The notes: a model not told the origin generated them from the letters alone. 64,000 bases of DNA from Patescibacteria group bacterium (GCA_038064435.1 JBBTTC010000003.1:9205-73204); one strand, 5' to 3'; shown: positions 9,796 to 18,725, counted from the first letter of the stretch. Numbers and translations are program-made.

Positions 9796-9874
9796 GTGGT
9801 AAAATGAAGTTGTAAGTTTTCTTGGTCGTATGGTCGTGCGACCTTAATTAAGCAGTTATTTAATAAAATCTTAT

Positions 9875-10495
9875 ATGGGATTATTCAGCTTCAACAAAGC
9901 ACCGGAAATTAGGGACGAAAATATCGCTCAAGAATGGTCGCAACTTGTGCTTCAAATGGGAAACAGGGGCGAAGAACTCCTCAAAAGAATCGCTCACAAG
10001 ATTCAGGAGTTAAACTTGCCGCTCGTTACGCTTATGCGAGAAGAAGCGACGCTCGGCAGTTCCAACAATCGCTATAATTTTGTTTCCGTAATGCACGAGA
10101 AGTATCCTGACTACAAGGTTTGGATAGGAGCTATTGACCGAATGGGGCAACTTAAAGTTTCGTGGTTCTTGGTCGTTAAGTTACCGAATGTCATAACCGC
10201 CAAAATGCGGGATTTGAATCGCGCGTCTCGTGGCGGCAAGGAAAGGGTGTTGCGACCGGGACAACGGCTCGGCCGAATGCTCGGAGCAAAACTCTCCGAA
10301 AAGATTACCGGAAAGCCGACTCCGGTTCGTGTGCGTCCCGACGAATTGACGATGGACGATAAGGAAGAATACGGCGTGTTTATGTCGCTCATTCACCAAG
10401 CGACGACCTCCAGTTTGGGGGAGATGATGAACGAGCTTAACTTGGACTTCACCAAAGTGGACACGCACACCGAGGGCTTCGTTAATCTTTCGTAG
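9875..10495 (+). CDS. Hypothetical protein (island cargo)
   Basis: 206-aa ORF, no recognisable motif, low GC. Confidence 0.4.
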   Translation: MGLFSFNKAPEIRDENIAQEWSQLVLQMGNRGEELLKRIAHKIQELNLPLVTLMREEATLGSSNNRYNFVSVMHEKYPDYKVWIGAIDRMGQLKVSWFLVVKLPNVITAKMRDLNRASRGGKERVLRPGQRLGRMLGAKLSEKITGKPTPVRVRPDELTMDDKEEYGVFMSLIHQATTSSLGEMMNELNLDFTKVDTHTEGFVNLS

Positions 10496-10497
10496 TT

Positions 10498-12486
10498 ATG
10501 GATAATGATTTTGTAAAACAACTTCGGAATTTCTTTACGAAGCCGAAGTCCGAGCCGGTATTGCCTATTAAGTCGCAGGAGCCGCTCGTGCGTTCTCGCG
10601 CTCCCAATCCTAACGAGCTTGCTTTAGGTTGGGCGGGAGGCAAAGATGAAACGAACGGGCAGGAAGTCCACCAACTTAAAGGGGTGTCCCAAGAAGTCCG
10701 AGACACTCATTTTTATATTATTGGTGCTTCAGGAAGCGGTAAAACGCGATTTTTAGAAACACTCATCAAGCAAGATATAGAAAACGATTTGGGCTTTGGC
10801 GTAATTGACCCGCACGGCGACCTTACGGAAGACATAAAAGGTTATCTCTATCTCTTACACAAAGACGACCCTAAATTTCTCCAAGAGAATATCGTTTTGA
10901 TTGACCCGACTAACAAGGAACAAGTTGTTGCTTTCAATCCACTTGAAATAACAAAAGGAGAATCGGCCGCGTCCATAGCTTCTGAACTCACGGAAGCGTT
11001 TAAGAAAATCTGGCACGACGCTTGGGGAGCGAGAATGGAGGATTTGTTGAAAAATACCCTCATCGCCCTTATTCAAAATAATCTCACGCTTGCCGAACTT
11101 CCACTATTTTTGACCGATACGGAAGTGCGTCGCAAGATTTTGGGAAAAGTAGAACACGGCGTAAGCCGCCAGTATTTTAATAGGTTTAATAGTTTACCTC
11201 GCAGAACACAGGACGAGTGGGCGGAATCCACGCTCAACAAAGTAAACGCTTTTTTGTTTGATAACAGTATTCGGCAACTGCTCGCTTCACCAAAAAGCTC
11301 TTTCAATCTGCGGGAAGCGATGGACGAGGGCAAGCTGATCCTCGTCAAGCTGGATAAGGGCAGATTGAAAGGAAGTGCTGACTTGTTGGGTTCTTTACTA
11401 CTCGCCAAAATACAGGCGGCGGCGTTCTCCCGAACGGACACGCCGGAACTGCAACGCAAGAAGTTTTATCTTTACATAGACGAGTTTCAAAATTTCGCTA
11501 CCGAAAATTTTATAACTATGCTTGGCGAGGCTCGCAAGTATCGGCTCGCTCTTTTGCTTGCTCATCAAAATCTCGCTCAACTGCCGACGACTTTAAGGGC
11601 TTCCATTCTCTCTAACTGTGGACTTCAAGCATATTTCAGAATCTCACGGGACGATTCCAACATTCTTGCGAAAGAATCTCTTGCCTCAATTTATAACGAG
11701 CCGACCGGATGGGAGAGTTATATCCAAGCACTCCAAGAATTGCCTAGTCGTGCTTGCGTTATTAAAAATAAAGTTGACGGCGGAGTTATCGCCGTTCGGA
11801 CGCTTGATTTGCCGTCTCCTCACGAAGTCGCGGAAACAGAAGAAAAAGAATTTGCGGAGGAAATCGCGGCTTGTGAGATAGGAAAAAAATATCTGCGAGG
11901 ACGAGAGGATATTGAGAGAGATAGCCGAGTAAGACGAGAAACTCTTTTGGCTACCAAAGAGCCAGAGAGCTTTAGAGAAAAGAAAATGACCGAAGATATA
12001 AATTATGAGGAAATTATAAAAGGCGGAGAGAATGACTATGTGGAGTTCAAGTCATCAATCCGATACGACTACAAAAACGGAGGAAAAAGCAAATCAATTG
12101 AATATGTTATCTCCAAAGCAATTTCTTCGTTTATGAATACGGACGGCGGAAGGTTGTTTGTTGGTGTGGACGATTTCGGTGAAATTAGCGGAATAGAAAA
12201 TGATTATGCCGATGTTCACCATAAAAACAAAGACGGCTTTCTACTCCAATTAAACAACATCATTAACCATTATATCGGCAAAGAATTTCACCAGTATTTG
12301 AGAGTTAAAATTATGCCAATCAAAGAGAAAGATGTATGCGTCATTGAGGTAATTAAAAGTAAAACTCCGGTATTCTTGAAAGACGGAGACAAAGAGGAAT
12401 TTTATATGAGAGCGTCCGCCGCTTCACAACCAATGAGCGTTAGGCAAGCCAACGAATACATCAGGACCCATTTTCACGGAAGATAG
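10498..12486 (+). CDS. TraD/VirD4/FtsK-HerA-superfamily P-loop NTPase fused to C-terminal AlbA_2 (Schlafen-like) putative DNA-binding domain
   Basis: Walker A HFYIIGASGSGKTRFL, VIDPHGDL, Walker B YLYIDEFQNF, TraG-D_C-like LLLAHQNLAQL; C-terminal about 160 aa (YVEFKSSIRYDYKNGGKS...FMNTDGGRLFVGVDDFGEISGIEND) matches the AlbA_2/Schlafen fold signature. Confidence 0.6.
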   Translation: MDNDFVKQLRNFFTKPKSEPVLPIKSQEPLVRSRAPNPNELALGWAGGKDETNGQEVHQLKGVSQEVRDTHFYIIGASGSGKTRFLETLIKQDIENDLGFGVIDPHGDLTEDIKGYLYLLHKDDPKFLQENIVLIDPTNKEQVVAFNPLEITKGESAASIASELTEAFKKIWHDAWGARMEDLLKNTLIALIQNNLTLAELPLFLTDTEVRRKILGKVEHGVSRQYFNRFNSLPRRTQDEWAESTLNKVNAFLFDNSIRQLLASPKSSFNLREAMDEGKLILVKLDKGRLKGSADLLGSLLLAKIQAAAFSRTDTPELQRKKFYLYIDEFQNFATENFITMLGEARKYRLALLLAHQNLAQLPTTLRASILSNCGLQAYFRISRDDSNILAKESLASIYNEPTGWESYIQALQELPSRACVIKNKVDGGVIAVRTLDLPSPHEVAETEEKEFAEEIAACEIGKKYLRGREDIERDSRVRRETLLATKEPESFREKKMTEDINYEEIIKGGENDYVEFKSSIRYDYKNGGKSKSIEYVISKAISSFMNTDGGRLFVGVDDFGEISGIENDYADVHHKNKDGFLLQLNNIINHYIGKEFHQYLRVKIMPIKEKDVCVIEVIKSKTPVFLKDGDKEEFYMRASAASQPMSVRQANEYIRTHFHGR

Positions 12487-12915
12487 AGAGAAGCAGGTTT
12501 GACATTATATGAAAGTATGTCATAGCATTCCCAGAACCTTGCCCGTATGGGTAAGGTCTCAAGGGGGTCCGTATGGATTCCCTTGTTCCTTTTTTGGATT
12601 GAAGAAGAACTAAACCGCCCGCCGTTAATAAGGTTCGGACTTAAAAGAAAATTGCGTCTTGCCTTTCCGTTGAAAATCGCGTTGCGATTTCCATCGTCGG
12701 GCTTGCGCTTGCGATTTTCTTTCGCGTCCTTCGCGCCCGACAGAAAAAAGACTTCGCGGACAGCTTTACTCATTGAAAGATCGCTTGGCGATTTTCAATT
12801 CGGCCTGCTCCGCTTTTTTCTTCGGTCGCCATTTATACCCCCACCCAACCACCCTTCCGAGAGCGCGAAAGAATGATTTGATTTATTTTTCCCAATCCAT
12901 CTATACTTTGTATAG

Positions 12916-13236
12916 ATGGATAACGAGGGTGAGAAAAAAGAGATTGATTGGGGTCAAGAATCCGTTAATGCCCTAAACAGAAGTCAGACAAGCAAAACTG
13001 AAAAAGCGAAAGAAATCGCAGAAGTTCAGTTAAAAGCTTATAAACACATAGATGATGTGGTAAAGCATTTCGGGCCTCCAGATAGAGAATTTTTTAATAG
13101 CCTCACGTTAATTACGGGTGTTATTCCGCTACTTTTCGCCCTTCTTTTTTTCGCTAACGCAGACCCGGGGGAAGAATGGGTGGGAGGTCTCCTAATCTTC
13201 GTGGGGATTTATGGATGGTGGTGGTCTATCAAATAA
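12916..13236 (+). CDS. Small membrane protein (hypothetical)
   Basis: 106 aa; C-terminal two hydrophobic helices; palindrome ccatctatacTTTGtatagatgg overlaps start. Confidence 0.4.
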   Translation: MDNEGEKKEIDWGQESVNALNRSQTSKTEKAKEIAEVQLKAYKHIDDVVKHFGPPDREFFNSLTLITGVIPLLFALLFFANADPGEEWVGGLLIFVGIYGWWWSIK

Positions 13237-13458
13237 AACCCTATCCCTATCAATCTTGACTTTTCCCACGATAATATTGTATAACCTTTTTAAGTTTCAT
13301 TACCCCCGCTTCTCCGGCAAAACGGATGTCGCAGGCGGGACGGCTTGGGGAATACGAGCCGACCCCGAACTTTAGGCAATCATTCCCGATTGGTTAAAGC
13401 AGGAATGGACATATAAATAAGTTTGTAGGCACACGACAAGGAGCGAGCAATCGCTCCT

Positions 13459-14961
13459 TTGTCTTTGGAAAAGAAACTACGGGAAACAGTTTTTACTCCT
13501 TTGGACGAACAACATTTAGAAGAAATAGAATCGCTTGGAGAAACGACTTTCAGGGAACAGCGTAGGGCGTTCGGCATAAAGACGAAAGACCGCCGCAATC
13601 ATATCTACATTATCGGTAAAACGGGAACGGGCAAATCTACCTTATTAAAAAATATGGTGATTCAAGACTTGCGCTTGAATCACGGCGTTGCTTTGATTGA
13701 CCCGCACGGCGACTTGGTTGAAGACTTATTAAATTACATTCCGAAAACTCGCACGAACGAAGTTGTCTATTTCAATCCTGCGGACAAAGAAAATCCGGTC
13801 GCTATCAATATTCTTGAAGCTAAAGGCGACGACGAAAAACATCTCGTCGCTTCATCGCTCATTTCTGTTTTTCGTCATTTGTGGCGGGACTTCTGGGGTC
13901 CCCGCCTTGAACACATTTTATACAACTGCGTCTTGGCTTTGATGGACACGCCCGGGCAAACCTTGCTCGGCGTATATCGTATGCTTGTGGACAACGAGTT
14001 TCGGAAACTTATTGTCGGGAATATCCAAGACCCGATTGTAAAAATGTTTTGGGTTGATGATTATGAAAACTATGACGAGCGTTTTCGTAAGGAAATAATC
14101 TCACCCGTTCAAAACAAAGTCGGACAACTTCTTACCAGTCCCCAAATGCGAAATATTGTCGGCCAACCCAAAAGTTCGGTGGACTTCGGTTTTGTTATGG
14201 ACAATAAAAGAATCCTCTTAGCCAACTTATCCAAGGGGAAAGTATGCGGCCTTATCCGGTGCGGAACTTGTGGTATGGGCATTACCGCCGAGCGGAAAAC
14301 GAAATACCAAAAGAACGGGAATGTTCACCACTACACCTATTATCGTTGCTCCCGAAAAAATAAAGCCGTCAAATGCTCCGAGCCGCCCATTCGGGAGGAG
14401 TTGCTTGATAAGCAACTATCAAATCTACTCCAACCCTACAAAATGCCGCCGGATTGGGCGACCGAGATTTCCAAGATGTCCGACAGGGACGAGAAGGAAG
14501 CCATCCAATCCGCGTCCGCCATCGTTCAAGGGTATAAAGCCGAGATACAAGCCATCTCTCAAAAACTCCAACGCCTTCTTAACGCATATCTTGACCAAGA
14601 TATTGAGCGGGAAGCATACCGCTTAGAGAAGGCAAACCTTCTCTCCCGCAAGAAGTCGTTGGAGGAGAAAATGGCCGAAGTCGCAAAGGGGGTATCCGCT
14701 TGGGTTGAACCCCTGCGCGATTGGTTGAAAGACGCGCAAATGCTTAACGAAATACACGAAGACGCCCCTCTTTCTCTTAAAAAATCTTTCGCCAAAAAAA
14801 TCTTCGGGTTGAACCTGACACTTCACGCGCGCGAAGCGCGCGGCGTTGCGGAAATTCAATGGGCTTCCGTTGCGGAAGCCCATCAAAAAATTGGAAAAAC
14901 TGATACTTGTTTGTTCTTGGTGCGCGGTGAGGGACTCGAACCCCCGGCCTACCCGGTGTAA
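13459..14961 (+). pseudogene. Chimeric ORF: N-terminal TraD/FtsK-like ATPase paralog (truncated after Walker A half) fused in frame to zinc-ribbon + coiled-coil tail of a large serine recombinase; reads into tRNA-Val
   Basis: NHIYIIGKTGTGKSTLL...ALIDPHGDL parallels ORF 10498 up to ...LSKGKV, then CGLIRCGTCGMGITAERK...HHYTYYRCSRKNK (recombinase zinc beta-ribbon) and a coiled-coil; last 14 codons translate tRNA-Val sequence. Confidence 0.5.
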
Positions 14962-14993
14962 ACGGGTTGCTCTACCAACTGAGCTAACCGCGC
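14918..14993 (-). tRNA. tRNA-Val (anticodon TAC), CCA encoded
   Basis: RC: GCGCGGTTAGCTCAGTTGGTAGAGCAACCCGTTTACACCGGGTAGGCCGGGGGTTCGAGTCCCTCACCGCGCACCA; anticodon loop TTTACAC. Confidence 0.85.
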
Positions 14994-15012
14994 ATGAACA
15001 AAATTTACCTGA

Positions 15013-15084
15013 TCCCCTCGGGAAGAATCGAACTTCCATTTAGGGATTAGAAGTCCCTGGTTCTATCCATTAAACTACGAGGGG
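15013..15084 (-). tRNA. tRNA-Arg (anticodon TCT)
   Basis: RC: CCCCTCGTAGTTTAATGGATAGAACCAGGGACTTCTAATCCCTAAATGGAAGTTCGATTCTTCCCGAGGGGA; anticodon loop CTTCTAA; C1-G72 acceptor. Confidence 0.65.
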
Positions 15085-15106
15085 AAGTGCCCAAACTATA
15101 TGGCAA

Positions 15107-15424
15107 TCAACGCGCTGGGTCAACGATGACAGATGGCTGACTCTTTTGGCGCTCAAACCCTGCTTGGCGCGCCGCCAACTCGCGGAGAACACGCTCTAGT
15201 TCGTCGGGGTTTAATAATTTATCAGGATCAAGCGATGTTGGAGTCATCACTGTTTGACCAGCAATACCAGCACCCACATCAAGTCCGCGCATAATTATTG
15301 AGGCGGCAACAAACAATCCCGCCACCAAAACCAAAAAGACGTAAATCAACCGGCGCCAGTCGCGAGCTGGGTTAGGTTCAATTTTTTCTTTGTCGTAACG
15401 ACGTTTAAACATTGGGAAATTCAA
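15107..15424 (-). CDS. Small bitopic membrane protein at end of pilMNO operon (PilP-like position; hypothetical)
   Basis: 105 aa, one TM helix; overlaps pilO end. Confidence 0.4.
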   Translation of the reverse strand: MNFPMFKRRYDKEKIEPNPARDWRRLIYVFLVLVAGLFVAASIIMRGLDVGAGIAGQTVMTPTSLDPDKLLNPDELERVLRELAARQAGFERQKSQPSVIVDPAR

Positions 15425-15971
15425 AACCTAATAATTTAGCCTTGAAAGATCCGCGCCAACGTCGGGTGGCCGGCGTGGATGTGCTCGCCGTGGCACTCAC
15501 TCCCTCGGTCGACAATAGCATCTCGTCAAATACAATTTCCAAGGGCCAAGTCTCGATCACAGTTATTAACTGATGAAGCTGGGCAAAGCTGCCAGTGGCA
15601 TCAAACTGAAGGTCTAGATACCCACCAGCGGCATTGGGCTCCACGACTCGAACACTAAACACAACCCCACTACCACCAAGCACCGACTCAAGCTGATCCA
15701 AAAAGCCGGCGATCTCGGGCCGATCGTCGGTAATAAAATTATTAGCGAGCGTGGCGCGGCCGGCGGCCGTGGCCGTGGAGATCTCAACCAAACGCTGGAA
15801 ATATCTGGCCTTTTCTTCACCAATAGTGATCTCAGTGGCCAAACCACCAATACGGCCCCACTCTTTTTGCCCCAGCCAGATCAAACCGATCAAAATAGCC
15901 AAACCAAAAACATTAAAGCCAAGCATGGCCAGCAGACTGGGGCGGAGACTAATTGATTGATTAAGTTTCAT
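15405..15971 (-). CDS. pilO: Type IV pilus assembly protein PilO-like
   Basis: 188 aa, N-terminal TM then coiled-coil; operon position after PilM/PilN. Confidence 0.5.
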   Translation of the reverse strand: MKLNQSISLRPSLLAMLGFNVFGLAILIGLIWLGQKEWGRIGGLATEITIGEEKARYFQRLVEISTATAAGRATLANNFITDDRPEIAGFLDQLESVLGGSGVVFSVRVVEPNAAGGYLDLQFDATGSFAQLHQLITVIETWPLEIVFDEMLLSTEGVSATASTSTPATRRWRGSFKAKLLGFEFPNV

Positions 15972-16528
15972 GGTTGGTGAGTAACCGGCACCCTCACGTC
16001 GAGCGTAATATCAAAGTCAACCTGGCGATTTTTAATCAGGTCCGACACTGGTGACTCAATATTACTAAATATCGGCTCCGACTTGAGCGCCGCCACCCAA
16101 TCTAGTAAAACCGCCCGCGTCGTAGCTTGACCCGACATCTTAATCTCCCCCTCCACGTCAGAATGACGTAAGTAGTGGATGGACCCAAGACTAATACCGG
16201 CAGGACGCAAGCTGATCAATTTAGTTAGTAAAGCTGCCGTTCGATGATCACTCTCCAGCCATTGGCGAAAGGTGGTGAGACGTTTCGCCGATTCGGCAAG
16301 TTCAACCCGCAAACGATCAAAGCGTTGCACGTCAACTACTCCCAGCACTTGCGCCAACTCTCGTTCTAGCTGCCGACGCTCGGTGACTATCCGCAAATAA
16401 AATGACCCCACCATCAAGCTAGCCAACACCAAGAGCACTGCCAACAAAAATCCGGCCAAAATAAAACGGCGGCGGCGATAATCGCGGCGGCGAGCTAGAC
16501 GATCAATCGGCAACAATAAGTTAATCAT
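15968..16528 (-). CDS. pilN: Type IV pilus assembly protein PilN
   Basis: N-terminal INLLP motif (MINLLLPIDR), basic stretch, single TM, coiled coil. Confidence 0.7.
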   Translation of the reverse strand: MINLLLPIDRLARRRDYRRRRFILAGFLLAVLLVLASLMVGSFYLRIVTERRQLERELAQVLGVVDVQRFDRLRVELAESAKRLTTFRQWLESDHRTAALLTKLISLRPAGISLGSIHYLRHSDVEGEIKMSGQATTRAVLLDWVAALKSEPIFSNIESPVSDLIKNRQVDFDITLDVRVPVTHQP

Positions 16529-17616
16529 GAAGTGAGGTGGAAACGACGCAACGCCAAACCGAGCGAAGTTGCGTAACGCAAGGATTGATTAAGATTAATA
16601 CTCGGGATATATTCATCGAGCGAAAATAAATTAGTCCACACATTGCCCAGAGCCACCGGTAAACCTAAACTCAAATTAAGATAATCGACCAAGCCGGGTA
16701 AGGTAGCTTGCCCGCCGCACAAGATGACGCGCCCAATTTTATTGGTCGACGTAGCAGTGGCACTTTGGTGAGTCAACCAATAACTTAACTGCTTGTTAAT
16801 CTCATCGCGCAACACCGAGACCAACGGCACAATCGCAAAAAAAGTTTCGCGATTGGCGGCCGAAGGCAAAAAACCACGTTCGACCTTGTAGCGTTCCGCC
16901 GTGTTGTAATCAGTGCCGAGTGTTTTCTCCAGTGCATGAGTAATATCTTCCCCTCCAATGTTGTTGACGGTTGACGTCCAGAGCACCTGCCGACCGCGCG
17001 TGACAAAAAAACTGGTCCGTGTTTTGCCAAAATCTACCACCATCACCAAATCACCGGCGGCCGATGTTTGAGCCACCACCGCTCGCACCACCGCTTGCGC
17101 CTCAATCTCCATAGCCTCGGCCACCAACCCGCCGGCGGCCACCACCCCAGCATAGGCGGCCACGATTCTCTTCGGCAAGGCCGTCACGGCCACCTCCAGC
17201 TTGGCTCCGCGCGAAACAATTTCATAATCAAAAACCGTATCGGCGACAGCGAGCGGAATATGCTCTTCCAACTGCAATTCCAAACTGCCACGAACATCGG
17301 CCTCATCCATGAGTGGTAGGGCCAAGCGCACCAAATACGCTTCCTCCTCTGGCAAAGACACGGCCACCTGACGAAAGCGGGCCCGTCGACTCAAGGCCAA
17401 CAACACCTTAGCCAAAACTTCAGGTTGCTTAATTTCTCCGGCCTCCACGGCCCCGGCCGGCACTGCCTCGTCACCATAATCTATGAGACGCAGGCCGGCC
17501 GGCCCGTAATTTAGTCGCACAAATTTAACTGACCGATCAGAGATGTCAAGACCCACCGCCGCCGGCGCCAAATAATGCGGCGGCGGGAACAAACGCAAAA
17601 ATTTATCATGAGCCAT
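16525..17616 (-). CDS. pilM: Type IV pilus assembly protein PilM (actin-like ATPase fold)
   Basis: 363 aa; VGLDISDRSVKFVRL N-terminus, FtsA/PilM-like glycine motifs (DFGKTRTS, ILCGGQA). Confidence 0.8.
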   Translation of the reverse strand: MAHDKFLRLFPPPHYLAPAAVGLDISDRSVKFVRLNYGPAGLRLIDYGDEAVPAGAVEAGEIKQPEVLAKVLLALSRRARFRQVAVSLPEEEAYLVRLALPLMDEADVRGSLELQLEEHIPLAVADTVFDYEIVSRGAKLEVAVTALPKRIVAAYAGVVAAGGLVAEAMEIEAQAVVRAVVAQTSAAGDLVMVVDFGKTRTSFFVTRGRQVLWTSTVNNIGGEDITHALEKTLGTDYNTAERYKVERGFLPSAANRETFFAIVPLVSVLRDEINKQLSYWLTHQSATATSTNKIGRVILCGGQATLPGLVDYLNLSLGLPVALGNVWTNLFSLDEYIPSINLNQSLRYATSLGLALRRFHLTS

Positions 17617-17636
17617 GACTCTTTAGTATAAAACGA

Positions 17637-18020
17637 TTACGGCCGTCGCTCCAGATAGTTTCGCAAAATCAATGACGCCGCGCGGGCATGACTGTTATCA
17701 TCAACAATTTCTCGATCAGCTTCGACGCTTGTTAAATCTTCGCGCTCCCAAATTACCGGCAAATTCAACTGCTGCTCCAATTCTAATTTAAATTTGACTA
17801 CCGCCGCAGTAATGTCGTTGGACTGACGGGCTAAATTGAGAGCGTCACCGAGAACAATTTGCTCCACCTGTTCATTCCTCACCAGCTTTACAATTTGCGA
17901 CAATGTCGTCGACGAATTGGCAATCACGCTATGCGGCTGAGCAATCGTGCCACTTGGATCAGAGAGTGCCAAGCCGATGTGTTTGCTACCGTAATCAATA
18001 CCCAGAATTCTCACCCCCAC
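17637..18020 (-). CDS. ruvX: Holliday junction resolvase-like RuvX/YqgF
   Basis: RILGIDYGSKHIGLALSD...IVLGDALN RNase H-like YqgF signature. Confidence 0.85.
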   Translation of the reverse strand: MGVRILGIDYGSKHIGLALSDPSGTIAQPHSVIANSSTTLSQIVKLVRNEQVEQIVLGDALNLARQSNDITAAVVKFKLELEQQLNLPVIWEREDLTSVEADREIVDDNSHARAASLILRNYLERRP

Positions 18021-18055
18021 ATCATACCACCGTAACCAAGTTGTGCTAAAATAGA

Positions 18056-18319
18056 ATGATGATTGATCTGCAACACTGGGATGAAATTAATGCCTTTGTG
18101 GAAGCCAACTGGTTACCGCTTCTAATTTTCACCATCTGGACATTGACCTGGAAGGGCTGGGCTCTGTGGCGCGCAGCTCATGACGAGCGCCGAGGTTGGT
18201 TTGTGGCCATCCTACTGCTTAACACGCTCGGCATCTTGGAAATTTTTTATCTCGGCTTTGTGGGTCGACGGCAAAAACCGTCAGCCACCAGCTCGACTTC
18301 GATCGAGGCCGATGCTTAA
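18056..18319 (+). CDS. Small membrane protein (hypothetical)
   Basis: 87 aa, two hydrophobic helices. Confidence 0.4.
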   Translation: MMIDLQHWDEINAFVEANWLPLLIFTIWTLTWKGWALWRAAHDERRGWFVAILLLNTLGILEIFYLGFVGRRQKPSATSSTSIEADA

Positions 18320-18328
18320 ATAAAACTG

Positions 18329-18364
18329 GAGGGGTGGCAGAGTGGTCTATTGCACCGGTCTTGC
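18329..18364 (+). repeat. 36-nt direct repeat = orphan copy of tRNA-Ser 5' half (positions 1-36, ends at anticodon TG)
   Basis: ggaggggtggcagagtggtctattgcaccggtcttg identical at 18329..18364 and 18630..18665; followed by two GC hairpins (cccgcc-aga-ggcggg; tccgcc-tcc-ggcgga). Confidence 0.75.
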
Positions 18365-18629
18365 CCGCCAGAGGCGGGTCCGCCTCCGGCGGAAAAACCA
18401 TGGCCTGCATCTACATTCTACATAGCAGAAGCGCCAACAGATTTTATGTCGGTTCGAGCCGAGAAGATGGGCCCGCCCTCAGACTAGCCGCGCACAATGC
18501 CGGTAAGACCAGGTCGACAAAAGCTTATCGGCCTTGGATTCTGATAAAATGTGAGGACTTCCCTAACTACACCGTAGCGCGAAAAAGAGAGAACTTCCTG
18601 AAGTCGGGTCAGGGGAGAAAATGGATTAA
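18329..18629 (+). mobile_element. About 300-bp insertion cassette (tRNA 5'-half repeat + hairpins + GIY-YIG nuclease gene) immediately 5' of tRNA-Ser
   Basis: Structure tRNA[1-36] - insert - intact tRNA[1-88]. Confidence 0.5.
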
Positions 18630-18666
18630 GGAGGGGTGGCAGAGTGGTCTATTGCACCGGTCTTGA
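18401..18666 (+). CDS. GIY-YIG family nuclease (free-standing, about 88 aa)
   Basis: MACIYILHSRSANRFYVGSSRE...LAAHNAGK...YRPWILIKCEDFPNYTVARKRENFLKSGQG: GIY...YVG, R, HN, E motifs of COG2827-type GIY-YIG; ORF terminates on the anticodon TGA of tRNA-Ser. Confidence 0.7.
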
Positions 18667-18717
18667 AAACCGGAGTCCGCCTTGTGTGGACCGTGAGTTC
18701 GAATCTCACCCCCTCCG
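18630..18717 (+). tRNA. tRNA-Ser (anticodon TGA), long variable arm
   Basis: GGAGGGGTGGCAGAGTGGTCTATTGCACCGGTCTTGAAAACCGGAGTCCGCCTTGTGTGGACCGTGAGTTCGAATCTCACCCCCTCCG; anticodon loop CTTGAAA. Confidence 0.85.
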
Positions 18718-18725
18718 TCTTTGTT

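Larger units (their letters stand above)
8540..15090. mobile_element. Putative degraded integrative element / genomic island between pilin gene and tRNA-Val/tRNA-Arg (lower GC; Rep-relaxation gene, two TraD/FtsK-like ATPases, serine-recombinase remnant)
   Basis: Visible drop in GC (about 45% vs about 58% flanking), location adjacent to two tRNAs, cargo of plasmid/ICE-type genes, truncated recombinase. Boundaries approximate. Confidence 0.5.

Noticed and set aside
18329-18717. Group I or archaeal-type intron in tRNA-Ser
   Set aside because: The downstream tRNA copy is complete and uninterrupted, including its own 5' half. The structure is a duplication plus insertion, not an intron splitting a single tRNA.
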